Positions 1 through 9,600 of a stretch of 64,000 bases of DNA are shown piece after piece. The translations under genes and the position numbers were made by a program. Every line of letters starts with the position of its first letter. The first letter of the stretch is position 1. This DNA comes from a virus (Duplodnaviria > Caudoviricetes), in the IMG/VR virus record IMGVR_UViG_2974689092_000001, positions 5,449 to 69,448 of that record. The stretch is one strand, 5' to 3'. Below the pieces are notes generated by a model. That model worked only from the letters and a program-made list of their open reading frames with translations. It had not been told where the DNA came from and did no database searches.

Positions 1-1047
1 CACGCGCACCGCGAGAAGATCGAGGCGTGGTTCAGCTCGGTGGCCCTGACCCGCCTCGCGCCGGACGCCAGCGTCATCCTGATTCAAACCCGTTGGCACC
101 CCGAGGATTTGGCTGGAAAGGTGCTCGCCGGGGAGAAGCTGCTGCCCAAGAGCGAGCGCAGCTGGCGGCACATCAACATCCCGGCCATCGCCGAGGAGGG
201 CATCAAGGACGCACTGGGCCGCGCCCCGGGCACACCGATGGTCAGCGCCCGCGACACGCCCGAGGCCAAGCGCGATTTCGTGGCCACGCGCCGCCAGGTC
301 GGCGAGCGCACCTGGTACGCGCTCTACCAGGGCAGCCCGACCAACCCTTCCGGTGGCATCTTCCAGCGTGCCTGGTTCGATCCCCGGCTGCCGATGCCGC
401 CGAGCTACCCGGTGGCCTCCATCGTCGGTGTGGACCCCGCCGACAGCGGCGAGGGCGACGAGGCGGGCATCATCGCCGGGATGCTGTTCCACGACGGCAC
501 CCAGGGCAAGGTCGCGTTGACCCACGACCGTTCCGGGCAGTACACCAGCGACCAGTGGAGCCGCGAGGCGGTGCTGCTGGCGCTGGAGATCGGGGCGCGC
601 GAGCTGGCCGTGGAGGCGTACAGCACCGCCACCACCTACACCCAGGTCGTGCGCCGGGCCTACACCGCCATCCACAACGAGGCGGTCGCCAAACAGCGCG
701 CCGGGGCGGCGCTGACGCCGGTCGAGCAGCGTGCGTTGCCGGACATCCCGCCGTTCATCATCAGCAAGTGGAGAGGCGCGAACAAGGCCGACGCCGTGGC
801 CCGGGCCGGTGGACTGAGCCAATCGCTGGAGACCGGGCGGTGCCGCACCGTGGAGTTCGCCCTGGCGGTGTTCGAGGACGAGGCTGCCGACTGGCAGGCC
901 GGGCAGCATCAGCCTGACCGGGTGGCAGCGGCCATCATCGTCCACGACAAGCTCATGGAGCTGGCCGGTGCGGGGCTGCATCTGACCAACCCTGCGGCAC
1001 CGCCTTCCGGGGAGCCTCCGGCCTGGATGCGCCGTCGCATCGGTTAG
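1..1047 (+). CDS. terL: Terminase large subunit, C-terminal part (5' end lies upstream of the window)
   Basis: Frame is open from base 1. It contains 'ILIQTRWHPEDLAG', 'WYALYQGSP', nuclease-domain 'IVGVDPA' and C-terminal 'HQPDRVAA', all typical of TerL. Confidence 0.9.
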   Translation, partial: HAHREKIEAWFSSVALTRLAPDASVILIQTRWHPEDLAGKVLAGEKLLPKSERSWRHINIPAIAEEGIKDALGRAPGTPMVSARDTPEAKRDFVATRRQVGERTWYALYQGSPTNPSGGIFQRAWFDPRLPMPPSYPVASIVGVDPADSGEGDEAGIIAGMLFHDGTQGKVALTHDRSGQYTSDQWSREAVLLALEIGARELAVEAYSTATTYTQVVRRAYTAIHNEAVAKQRAGAALTPVEQRALPDIPPFIISKWRGANKADAVARAGGLSQSLETGRCRTVEFALAVFEDEAADWQAGQHQPDRVAAAIIVHDKLMELAGAGLHLTNPAAPPSGEPPAWMRRRIG

Positions 1048-1137
1048 CCATGTGGCGGCTGATCGCCCGGCGCTGGTCGCGGCGCAGCCGCCAACGCTGG
1101 TAGAGCACGCACACCCACAACGTCAACTCGACCACGG

Positions 1138-1680
1138 TTAGGTCTCGATCTTGGCCAGCACCTCAAGCTGCGCCTTGGTCGGTTCGCTGAGCGGGTAGCC
1201 GAGGTAGTGCAGCCCGATCACCGCCACGATGGTGGCGTCGGCCTCGTTGTTGTTGGTGATGTCGGCCTGCGGCCAGCGCCGGGCGGCGGCGAGCATCACC
1301 GTGTCCTTGTCGGCGGTGCCCTTGCCGGTGGCGTACTTGGCGCGCTGGCTGGTGCCGACGATGACCAGCGGTTTGTCGTGTCTTTCGCACAGCTCGATCA
1401 CCCGCCCGAACACCCACGGCAGCACCCAGGCCGAGCTGCCCTTCGCGCCGTAGGCCAGCGACTCCATCGCCACCAGGTCCATGCCGGAATCGAACGCACC
1501 CTCGATCTTGTCCACCAGCACGTTGACGCGGCGGGCCATTGCCCGCTTTGACTTGTCCGGCCCGGGCGCGGGCGCGCCGACGGTGGCGGTGTCAATCGTC
1601 CAACTGTCCTCGCCGCTGTAGTCGATACGCGCGAGGCCGGTCGCGGTGAGACTGGTGTCGATTCCGAGTACCCGAGGCAT
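1138..1680 (-). CDS. RuvC-like Holliday junction resolvase
   Basis: N-terminal 'VLGIDTSLTATGLA', central 'VAMESLAY', 'KYATGKGTADKD' and C-terminal 'NNEADA' give the RuvC acidic tetrad pattern. Confidence 0.85.
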   Translation of the reverse strand: MPRVLGIDTSLTATGLARIDYSGEDSWTIDTATVGAPAPGPDKSKRAMARRVNVLVDKIEGAFDSGMDLVAMESLAYGAKGSSAWVLPWVFGRVIELCERHDKPLVIVGTSQRAKYATGKGTADKDTVMLAAARRWPQADITNNNEADATIVAVIGLHYLGYPLSEPTKAQLEVLAKIET

Positions 1681-1687
1681 GGTGCTC

Positions 1688-1693
1688 AGCGTA
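1688..1693 (-). promoter_or_regulatory. -10 element (TACGCT) for a leaderless RuvC-like mRNA
   Basis: TANNNT, 7 nt, then ATG at 1680; no Shine-Dalgarno sequence. Confidence 0.55.
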
Positions 1694-1726
1694 ACCGGAG
1701 TTGCCCGACCAGGGCGGGCAACAGGC

Positions 1727-1732
1727 TACGAT
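1727..1732 (+). promoter_or_regulatory. -10 element (TACGAT), leaderless
   Basis: TANNNT, 6 nt, then ATG at 1739. Confidence 0.5.
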
Positions 1733-1738
1733 GACGCC

Positions 1739-2152
1739 ATGAGCCTCGGTTACGCCACGCTGGTCCTGATCGTCTACGTCCTGGCCGTCATGCGGCTGGT
1801 GCGCCTGGTCAATGGTGACGCCATCCTGGACCGGCTGCGTCTGATACCGGCGCGCCGGGCCAAGACCGCCCACGACATCGCCGCCGAGGCCGAGCAGCTC
1901 GGCCAGGTCGAGCGCGCCCGGGTGTACCGCGAGGTCATGGGCCGTTGGAACAAGGTGCTGTACTTCATCGAGTGCCCTTGGTGCGTGGGCATGTGGGCGG
2001 CGTTCGCCACCGCCTGGGTGCCGCTGTTCTTCCACGACAACGTGGTGGCGCGCTACGTCGCCATCGCCCTGGCCACCTCCCATCTGATCGGTGTCTGCGC
2101 CCGCTTCGCCGACACCGAGGAAATCGAGATCGAGGACGTTGACGACCAGTAA
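1739..2152 (+). CDS. DUF1360-like membrane protein
   Basis: N-terminal TM segment, 'RLVRLVNGDAILDRLR' and 'CPWCVGMW' motif. The start is moved to ATG 1739 on promoter evidence. Confidence 0.65.
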   Translation: MSLGYATLVLIVYVLAVMRLVRLVNGDAILDRLRLIPARRAKTAHDIAAEAEQLGQVERARVYREVMGRWNKVLYFIECPWCVGMWAAFATAWVPLFFHDNVVARYVAIALATSHLIGVCARFADTEEIEIEDVDDQ

Positions 2153-2165
2153 CACCGCCGGGCGA

Positions 2166-2171
2166 TAGCCT
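2166..2171 (+). promoter_or_regulatory. -10 element (TAGCCT), leaderless portal mRNA
   Basis: GCGATAGCCTG (also found at 16406), 7 nt, then ATG at 2179. Confidence 0.55.
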
Positions 2172-2178
2172 GTTCAAC

Positions 2179-4077
2179 ATGGCTGCCTCCAACCTGCGCG
2201 TCGTTCGCCGACCCAAGGGCAGCCCGGCGCGGCGCTCCCTGACGGCTGCCAGCCAGCCGATTGACGATCCGGCCAAGCAGCTCAGGGGAACGATGGTCAC
2301 CGCCGGGCGCGGCGACTGGCAGGCCGAGGCGTGGGAGCTGCTCGACGAGGTGGGCGAACTGCGCTACTACGTCGGGTGGCGCGCGGGCAGTTGCTCGCGC
2401 GTGCGCCTGATCGCCAGCGAGATCGACCCCACCACCGGGATGCCGACCGGCGGGCTGGAGGAAACGCCCAACGGCAGCCTCAGCTCCGAGCAGGCGCGCG
2501 TGGCCGAAATCGTGCGCACCATCGCGGGCGGGCCGTTGGGCCAGGCGCAGCTCATCAAGCGCGCCACCGAGTGCCTGACCGTTCCGGGCGAGGTGTGGCT
2601 GGCCATCCTGATCCGCGACGACGGCGAGCACTGGCTGGCCGTCACCCGCGAGGAGATGAAGGCCAAGGCGGGCGGCGGCACCCAGATCGAGATGCCCGAC
2701 GGCACGCTGCACGACTTCAACCGCGACCGCGACTCGCTGATCCGGGTGTGGAACCCCCGGCCCCGGCGCGCCAAGGAGGCCGACTCCCCGGTGCGCGCCT
2801 GCCTGGACCCGTTGCGCGAGATCGTGCGCACGTCCAAGAAGATTCGCAACGCCTCCAAGAGCCGCCTGATCGGCAACGGTGTGCTGTTCCTGCCCCAGGA
2901 GATGTCGCTCCCGGCAGCCCAGGCCCCGGTGCCCACCGGCCAGGCCGACGTGCCAGGCGCGCCGGTTCCGGTGGTCCAGGGTGTGCCTGCTGCCGACCAG
3001 CTCAACAACCTGCTCTACAACGTGGCCAAGGTGTCCATCGAGGACGAGGACAGCCAGGCGGCGTTCATCCCGATCATGGCCACCGTGCCCGGCGAGCACC
3101 TCAAGAACGTGCAGCACATCAAGTTCGCCAACGAGGTCACCGAGGTCGAGATCAAGACCCGCAATGACGCCATCGCGCGCCTGGCGATGGGCCTGGACGT
3201 GAACCCCGAGCGGCTGCTGGGACTCGGCTCCAACAGCAACCACTGGAGCGCCTGGCAGATCGGTGACGAGGACGTGCAGCTGCACATCAAACCCGTCATG
3301 GAGACGCTGTGCGCCGCGATCAACGACCAGGCGCTCCGTATCGTGCTGGCGCGCGAGGGCATCGACCCCGACAAGTACATGCTCTGGTATGACGCCAGCC
3401 AGTTGACCACCGACCCGGACCTGACCGACGAGGCCACCCAGGCGCACGACCGTGGCGCGATCACTTCCGAGGCGTATCGCAAGTACCTGGGCCTGGATGA
3501 CGCTTCCGGGTACGACCTGACCACCTTGGAGGGGGCGCAGGCGTGGGCGCGCGATGCGGTGGCCAAGAACCCCGAGCTGTTGCCGACACTGGCACCGCTG
3601 CTCAGCGCCGAGCTGGCTGCCATCGAGTTCCCCGCCGCCCCGGCCATCGGCGATGGGCGCGCGCAGCCGGATGACGACGAGGACGACGAGGACGAGTCCG
3701 GTGCCGAGGGCCGGGAAGAACCCAACACCGAGGACGACGCCCGCACCGCCGCTGCCGCGATCACACCTGACGCCTACGTCCTGGCCGAGCGCCTGCTGGT
3801 CAACCGGGCGCTGGACCTGGCTGGCAAGCGTCGGGTCAAGACCTACGACCACACCCAGCGCGCACGTCTCAACGGCCACCCAGCGCACGAGTGGCACCGC
3901 TACCTGCCGCCGGTATCGGAGGCCGACATTCCACGGCTCATCAAAGGCTGGGACACCGCCCTGGAAGATGAGACCATCGCGCGGCTGGGCGTGGACACCG
4001 AGCAGCTGCGCGCCGTGGTGCGCGCCGCTGTCCGGCGGGAGCTGACAACACAGGTTGTCGATGTGGAGGTTGACTGA
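2179..4077 (+). CDS. Portal protein
   Basis: 632 aa in the canonical position between terminase and head genes. Motifs 'AIARLAMGLDVNPERLLG..SNHWSAWQI' resemble actinophage portals; acidic C-terminal linker. Confidence 0.85.
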   Translation: MAASNLRVVRRPKGSPARRSLTAASQPIDDPAKQLRGTMVTAGRGDWQAEAWELLDEVGELRYYVGWRAGSCSRVRLIASEIDPTTGMPTGGLEETPNGSLSSEQARVAEIVRTIAGGPLGQAQLIKRATECLTVPGEVWLAILIRDDGEHWLAVTREEMKAKAGGGTQIEMPDGTLHDFNRDRDSLIRVWNPRPRRAKEADSPVRACLDPLREIVRTSKKIRNASKSRLIGNGVLFLPQEMSLPAAQAPVPTGQADVPGAPVPVVQGVPAADQLNNLLYNVAKVSIEDEDSQAAFIPIMATVPGEHLKNVQHIKFANEVTEVEIKTRNDAIARLAMGLDVNPERLLGLGSNSNHWSAWQIGDEDVQLHIKPVMETLCAAINDQALRIVLAREGIDPDKYMLWYDASQLTTDPDLTDEATQAHDRGAITSEAYRKYLGLDDASGYDLTTLEGAQAWARDAVAKNPELLPTLAPLLSAELAAIEFPAAPAIGDGRAQPDDDEDDEDESGAEGREEPNTEDDARTAAAAITPDAYVLAERLLVNRALDLAGKRRVKTYDHTQRARLNGHPAHEWHRYLPPVSEADIPRLIKGWDTALEDETIARLGVDTEQLRAVVRAAVRRELTTQVVDVEVD

Positions 4078-6548
4078 TGTGGCCCGAACGTGGTGAGGCG
4101 CTGAGCCGCACCATCGAGGCCGAGGCGGCACTGACCGATCTGTACTCGGAGGCACTGCTGCGGTGGCTGCCCACCGTCCAGGCCAGTGTTCTACCTTCGC
4201 TGACAGCTGCTGGTGCTTTACCCCCGAACCCCGATGCGGTGGACGAAACCGCCGGTGCCTGGGATCAACTTTCTACTGAGTTGATCCTAGCTGGGTTGTC
4301 AAGTCTTTGGGCGCTGGCCCTGGTCGAAACCTTGCAAGGGCTGGAACTTAGTTTGCCGAACATTGACCCGGCCCTGGCTGTGGCTGTGCCACGCGAGGTG
4401 ATCCAGGCGATTACCTCCACCAGCGCCCTGGCCCGGGCCGACATCCTGGAGGCGGTGCGCCGGGTGGAGTCCGACGGCGACCTGCGCCAGGCCCGCGATG
4501 ACTTCCTGGCCACCCAGCACGACTACATCGGTGCCACGCCCGCGCTGGTGCGCGAGAAGCTGGCGGCGGCGGTGTCCGATGCGCGGCCACCGGCTGACGA
4601 CACGGCGGTGGACATCGAGGTGTCCATCGAACGGATGACGGCTGCCCAGCGCGAGGCGGCGGCGGCGGTGCTCACACCCGGCAGCGAGGAGCTGCGCGAG
4701 GTGGCGCGCTACCAGGGCTACCAGGCGGCAGGCGTGCAGAACGCGGCGGTGATCGCGGCGGCGATGCGCAATACCGAGGACGAGCTGGAGAAGGTGTGGA
4801 TCGCCACCATCGACGGCAAGACCCGGCCCACCCACTTCGCCGCCGACGGCCAGCGCGCACCGCTGGGCGGTACCTTCACAGTCGGTAACGAACCACTGCG
4901 CTTCCCGGGCGACCCCGCCGGGCCAGCCCGCGAGGTGCGTAACTGCCGCTGCCGGGTCGGCGTGCTGGCACCGGACGAGGAGATACCGGATGAGGTTGAC
5001 CGCCACACCGAGCGGCTCGATGGCCGCGACAGCGTGGCCATCAACCGCGTCGGCACACAGCGCGACGAGATCGAGCGCCGTGCGCGCGCCGGTACCGTGC
5101 GCGCACGCGATGACGAGGACGGAATCGGCAGGACCGCAGCGGGCGGCTGGGTCGCCCCGAGTGAACAGGAGTACGCCATGCCGCGCGAGCAGGTAGTCAA
5201 CACCGAGCAGGGCGGCACCACCGTGGTGCTGGCCAACGGCAAGGACAGCGGCGCGGAGATGTTCCGCACCTTCACCGACCAGCCTGTCGCTTTCGTCGGC
5301 ATCGAGACCTCCGATGGCCGGATGCTGGCCAGCGACATCGACCTGAGCTTCCGCAACTTCCCGCTGCCGATCATGTGGTGCGAGCAGAACGCGGGCGGGC
5401 ACTGGGACAGCTACACCGTCGGCGTCATGGAGTCCGGGCGCATCGACGGCGACACCGTGCGCGCTTCGGGGTACTGGCTCAACGACGAGCACGCCGAGGC
5501 GGCGTTCACCGCCGCCAGCCACAAGGTCAGCCGTCCCAGCATCGACCTGGCCAGCATCGAGTGGATTCTGACCGACGAGAACGGCAAGGAGATCACCGAG
5601 GATGAGTGGTGGGACTTGCCGATGGACGCCAAGGTCGTCCAGACCATTACCGCCGGGGAGCTGATCGGGTTCACGATGGTGGCCACGCCTGCCTTCGGTG
5701 ACACGCTGATCGAGTTCAACCCCGAGCGCGAGTCCCGCGACACCGCGCTGGTCGCCAGCGCGGCTGAGTCGTTTCGGCCCCGGGTCTATCCCGCCGAGTT
5801 GTTCAGCGACCCGCAGCTCAGCGAGCCGACGCCGATCACGATGGACCCCGACACCGGGCGCATCTTCGGGCACTTGGCCTGCTTCGGTGCGTGCCACCGC
5901 AGCATCCAGGCGCAGTGCGTCATGGCACCGCGCAGCCCCAGCGGCTACGCCATGTTCCACACCAGCCCGGCGGTGCGCCTGGACGATGGCACCAGCGTGC
6001 CGGTCGGGCGGCTGACCGTGGGCACCGGCCACGCGCCGGACAACTACAGCGGCGCACCGGCCAAGGCCCATTACGACAACACCGGGGCGTGCTTCGCCCT
6101 GGTGCGTGCGGGCGAGGATGCCCACGGCATCTGGGTGTCGGGTGTGGCCGCGCCGTGGGCCACCCCGGAGCAGATCGAGATGGGCCTGGCCTCGCCGCTG
6201 TCCGGCGATTGGCGCGACTTCGGCAAGGGCCTGGACCTCATCGCCGCCCTGGCCGTCAACACGCCTGGGTTCGCCGTGCGTGGCCGCGACGGTGCCGAGG
6301 GCCGTCCCGCTGCCCTGGTGGCCAGCCTGGGACCGGATCGCCGCCGTGCGCCCGGCACACCGCTGAGCGCCCGTGTCATCGGCGACATCGTGGAGGCGGC
6401 GGTGCAACGTGCCCTGGCCGCCTCCACGGCAGCCGCCGAGACCCAGGCGTTGCTGGCCCAGGCCAACGAGAAGGTCGGGCCACCGCCGCCACCCAAGACA
6501 CCCAACGACGAGATCGCGGAGCTGCTGGCTCAGGCCGGTAACCTCTGA
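4077..6548 (+). CDS. MuF-like minor capsid protein fused to capsid maturation protease/scaffold domain
   Basis: MuF signature 'KVWIATIDGKTRPTH...LRFPGDPAGPAREVRNCRC', followed by a prohead-protease-like region 'ETSDGRM...PLPIMW...TMVATPAF'. Confidence 0.8.
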   Translation: MWPERGEALSRTIEAEAALTDLYSEALLRWLPTVQASVLPSLTAAGALPPNPDAVDETAGAWDQLSTELILAGLSSLWALALVETLQGLELSLPNIDPALAVAVPREVIQAITSTSALARADILEAVRRVESDGDLRQARDDFLATQHDYIGATPALVREKLAAAVSDARPPADDTAVDIEVSIERMTAAQREAAAAVLTPGSEELREVARYQGYQAAGVQNAAVIAAAMRNTEDELEKVWIATIDGKTRPTHFAADGQRAPLGGTFTVGNEPLRFPGDPAGPAREVRNCRCRVGVLAPDEEIPDEVDRHTERLDGRDSVAINRVGTQRDEIERRARAGTVRARDDEDGIGRTAAGGWVAPSEQEYAMPREQVVNTEQGGTTVVLANGKDSGAEMFRTFTDQPVAFVGIETSDGRMLASDIDLSFRNFPLPIMWCEQNAGGHWDSYTVGVMESGRIDGDTVRASGYWLNDEHAEAAFTAASHKVSRPSIDLASIEWILTDENGKEITEDEWWDLPMDAKVVQTITAGELIGFTMVATPAFGDTLIEFNPERESRDTALVASAAESFRPRVYPAELFSDPQLSEPTPITMDPDTGRIFGHLACFGACHRSIQAQCVMAPRSPSGYAMFHTSPAVRLDDGTSVPVGRLTVGTGHAPDNYSGAPAKAHYDNTGACFALVRAGEDAHGIWVSGVAAPWATPEQIEMGLASPLSGDWRDFGKGLDLIAALAVNTPGFAVRGRDGAEGRPAALVASLGPDRRRAPGTPLSARVIGDIVEAAVQRALAASTAAAETQALLAQANEKVGPPPPPKTPNDEIAELLAQAGNL

Positions 6549-6551
6549 CGC

Positions 6552-6773
6552 ATGGGTTGCAACTGCGGCGGCAGGACAGCGGCGAACAACAACGACACGC
6601 TGGGCTACTACGTCGTGCTGCCCGACGGCACGCTGATGCCCTCGGGTGTCAATCCCGATGACCCCGATGCCGGTGCGCCGCCTTACTTCGGCTACTACGA
6701 GGCGCGCAACCAGGTGGTTCTCAACGGTGGCGGCACCGTGCGCAGGCTGCGCCGGTCGCGCGCGTCGGCCTGA
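6552..6773 (+). CDS. Small 'MGCNCG' protein, function unknown
   Basis: 73 aa with good GC3 and an N-terminal CxC motif; this type of gene is common upstream of actinophage capsid genes. Confidence 0.6.
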   Translation: MGCNCGGRTAANNNDTLGYYVVLPDGTLMPSGVNPDDPDAGAPPYFGYYEARNQVVLNGGGTVRRLRRSRASA

Positions 6774-6881
6774 TTGCACCACGACGTTCTACTGTCAGCG
6801 GCAGAGAGTTCCTGATCTGAGCTATGTGCCGGGGATCGCTCCGACGTACCGACCGTGTTCGACATGAACTAGGAGTTCGCA

Positions 6882-8699
6882 GTGACTTTCCACTTGCCTG
6901 CGCCCCGCCTGATCCGCGTCTATGGCGTGGGCCAGTTCTCCGGGCGGTTCCAGTTGCCGGAGAACCTGCCCGAGACCGTGGCCGAGCTGGACGCGCTGCT
7001 CAACCAGGCCCGGGCCGACATCAACGTGATCCAGGCACGGCACGCCGCTGGTGAGACCCTGACGAGCGAGGACGCAGCCCGGCTGCGCGAATTGCTCGCG
7101 GCGGTCGATGACATCAGCGCCGCCCGCGCCGAGGCTGCCACCGCCGAGCAGGCCCACAGCGAGGAGCTGAGCGACCTGCTGGCCCGCGCAGCCGGTGCCA
7201 CCGCCGATGACACCTCCCCGGAGGGCGACGAGAGCGGCGACACCGACGACGAGGGCGGTGACGACGACGGCGATCAGGACGGCGACCAGGCCAACGCCGA
7301 CGGCGAGGGCCAGCCGCAGAGCCAGGAGCAGCCTGTCGCCGCCAGCGGCCAGCCGGGTGCGCCATCGCCCAGCTTCTCCGGCGTGCAGTCCGGCCAGGCA
7401 CCGCCTGAGCCGACGCCGCATGAGCCGGGCTGGAACATGCACCCCGGCGCGCCGGGCTACCGCGAAGGTATGGGCCGCGTCGGGTTCCGCGACATCGCCC
7501 TGAGCCTGGACCGTATTCGCCCGGGTAGCCGGGCGGCGATGCGGCCCAACCGGCCCAACAAGACGATGGACGGTACCGAGTTCGCCCGCCAGGTCGTGGC
7601 CACCTTGGACCGCGATGTCGAGGTCGTCAACGATGACCACGCTCTGGTCGCGGCCATCAACGAGGCCACCCGGGCCAGCAACCTCACCGAGCCGACGTTC
7701 AACGAGCGCGGGTCGCTGACGGCTGCCGGTGGCTGGTGCGCACCGTCGGAGCAGCTGTATGACTTCTGCGACGTGCCGGATGCCACCGACCTGGTGAGCC
7801 TGCCGGAAATCACCATCAACCGGGGCGGCATCCGCTGGCCGCGCGAGCCTGACCTGTCGGGCATCTTCGAGGAGTTCGAGTGGTTCTTCACCGAGGCTCA
7901 GCTGGAGGCCACCGACGCCGAGGGTAATCCGACCGCCGTCAAGACGTGCGTGGAGATTCCTTGCGCCGACCAGTTCGACGAGATTCGTCTCAACGCTGTC
8001 GGCTGGTGCGTGGAGTCGGGCATCCTCCAGGAGCAGGGCTGGCCGGAGCTGAGCGAGTGGTTCATGCGCTCGCTGACTCAGGAGCATCTGCGCGCGCTGA
8101 GCCGCCGCACCGTGCTCGACATGGAGAACGGGTCGGGTACGCCCATCGTGATCCCGCCGACCTCCGTGCTCGGTTCGGTGGCGTCGGTGCTCAACAGCCT
8201 GGCGCTGGTGGCCACCAACATCCGGCTCAAGCGCGGCCTGGCCCGCACCGCGACCATCGAGGGCGTGGCACCGAGCTGGTTCCACGAGGTGCTGCGCGCT
8301 GACATCGCGCTGCGCGAGGGCACCGACGTGTTCTCGGTGACCGATGCCCAGATCAACGGCTGGCTGGCGGCGCGCAACATCAGCCTCCAGTACGTCGGTG
8401 ACTGGCAGACGCGCGCCGAGGGCCTGCCGGGCAACCTGGGCACCCTGGTGTGGCCTGCCACGGTCAACGTGCTGCTGTACCCGGCGGGTACGTGGTTCCG
8501 CTCGATGTCCAACGTCATCGAGCTGGGCGTCATGTACCCCAAGGAGCAGCTCCAGGTGAACCGCTTCACGCGGATGTTCACCGAGGACGCCATCGCGGTG
8601 GGCAAGCGGTGCGGGGAGTCGGTCAACGTGACCATCCCGCTCGACGTGTCCGGCGCGGTCGGCGAGCGCCAGAACGCGACCAACGTCCCCGCTCCGTAA
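6882..8699 (+). CDS. Major capsid (hexamer) protein with N-terminal coiled-coil/acidic scaffold-like extension
   Basis: SD AGGAG before GTG. HK97-like region 'LTAAGGWCAPSEQLYDFC...ITINRGGIRW' is preceded by about 200 aa of helical and acidic sequence. Confidence 0.8.
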   Translation: MTFHLPAPRLIRVYGVGQFSGRFQLPENLPETVAELDALLNQARADINVIQARHAAGETLTSEDAARLRELLAAVDDISAARAEAATAEQAHSEELSDLLARAAGATADDTSPEGDESGDTDDEGGDDDGDQDGDQANADGEGQPQSQEQPVAASGQPGAPSPSFSGVQSGQAPPEPTPHEPGWNMHPGAPGYREGMGRVGFRDIALSLDRIRPGSRAAMRPNRPNKTMDGTEFARQVVATLDRDVEVVNDDHALVAAINEATRASNLTEPTFNERGSLTAAGGWCAPSEQLYDFCDVPDATDLVSLPEITINRGGIRWPREPDLSGIFEEFEWFFTEAQLEATDAEGNPTAVKTCVEIPCADQFDEIRLNAVGWCVESGILQEQGWPELSEWFMRSLTQEHLRALSRRTVLDMENGSGTPIVIPPTSVLGSVASVLNSLALVATNIRLKRGLARTATIEGVAPSWFHEVLRADIALREGTDVFSVTDAQINGWLAARNISLQYVGDWQTRAEGLPGNLGTLVWPATVNVLLYPAGTWFRSMSNVIELGVMYPKEQLQVNRFTRMFTEDAIAVGKRCGESVNVTIPLDVSGAVGERQNATNVPAP

Positions 8700-8724
8700 G
8701 GGGCCGGGAGTCGCATAGCAGACT

Positions 8725-8773
8725 GGAGGCGGTGATCGTGGTCAACCCGAGGCCGACCACGGTCACCGCCTTC
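8725..8773 (+). promoter_or_regulatory. 19-bp stem-loop (2 G-U pairs, 11-nt loop) between the two capsid genes
   Basis: GGAGGCGGTGATCGTGGTC / GACCACGGTCACCGCCTTC, read directly from the sequence. Confidence 0.7.
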
Positions 8774-8796
8774 GCTGGCTCTACCTGGAGGCGTGA

Positions 8797-9591
8797 ATGA
8801 CCACACCACTGATGACTCCGACGCCGGTCCTGGCACCGTTGCCGTTCACCGCCCCGGCGGTCAACCCCACCGCCTACGGCCTGTTCGCCGCCGTGGACTG
8901 GCAGCCAGCCGGTGCCAACCGCTGGTTCAACGGTGTCGAGATTCGCCCGGGCGGCAACTACGGCGGCGAGAACGCTTCCGGGCTGTGGGGCGGTTCCTGG
9001 TGCGGGGAGCCGGAGCCAGGCCAGCTCAAGGACGGCGAGCGCCCGGACGTGCCCGAGGTGTTCGAGGCCATGACGGTCTGGGCCTACGACGAATGCGATC
9101 TGACGCTGCCCAGCCGCCGCGAGGTGCAGGACAACGCCACCCAGCTGCTACGGCTCCAGGAGCAGCCGGTGGTCGAGCGCGAGTTCGCCGAGCGGCTCAA
9201 GCTCGACGCCGCCGACCTGCCCGACCAGGTAACCATGCCGTCGCTCAAGGAGGCGGTCGCGTACCTGGAGGCCGAGACGGCGGTGGCCAACACCGTCGGC
9301 TACTTCCACATCGGTGCGCAATGGGTGGCGCGCGAGGAGGGCCTGTTCAAGAAGTCCGGCACCCGCTGGACCAGCCCGCTGGGCAACGTCTGGATCATCG
9401 GCGGCGGCTACGTCGATGGGCTGGACGACCTGATCGTGGCCACCAGCCAGCCTGTCGGCTGGCGCAACGCACCGACGACACGCACCGCCATCGACGAGCG
9501 CCACAACGTATTCGCGGCGGTGGCAGAGCGTAGCGTGGCCATCGGATACGAGGCGGTCATCGCCGCCGTGACCATCACCGCAGCGCCGTAA
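8797..9591 (+). CDS. Second capsid protein (major capsid pentamer-type)
   Basis: SD GGAGG. Its position directly after the large capsid gene, its size (264 aa) and 'FEAMTVWAYDECD' / 'TATSQPVGWR' fit the second capsid gene of cluster B-like phages (recalled family knowledge). Confidence 0.65.
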   Translation: MTTPLMTPTPVLAPLPFTAPAVNPTAYGLFAAVDWQPAGANRWFNGVEIRPGGNYGGENASGLWGGSWCGEPEPGQLKDGERPDVPEVFEAMTVWAYDECDLTLPSRREVQDNATQLLRLQEQPVVEREFAERLKLDAADLPDQVTMPSLKEAVAYLEAETAVANTVGYFHIGAQWVAREEGLFKKSGTRWTSPLGNVWIIGGGYVDGLDDLIVATSQPVGWRNAPTTRTAIDERHNVFAAVAERSVAIGYEAVIAAVTITAAP

Positions 9592-9600
9592 GGAGCGACC

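Noticed and set aside
4274-4302. Antisense SigA promoter from TTGACA at 4302-4297
   Set aside because: No TANNNT at 16-18 nt spacing. The palindrome and AT patch are kept as a finding, but not as a promoter.
2053-6782. Very long antisense ORFs (2053..4155, 4299..6782; likewise 20760..23054, 25121..28033, 41698..43722, 45172..46905)
   Set aside because: They are shadow frames of genuine GC3-rich genes on the opposite strand: Arg/Gly/Ala-biased, with no SD and no motifs.
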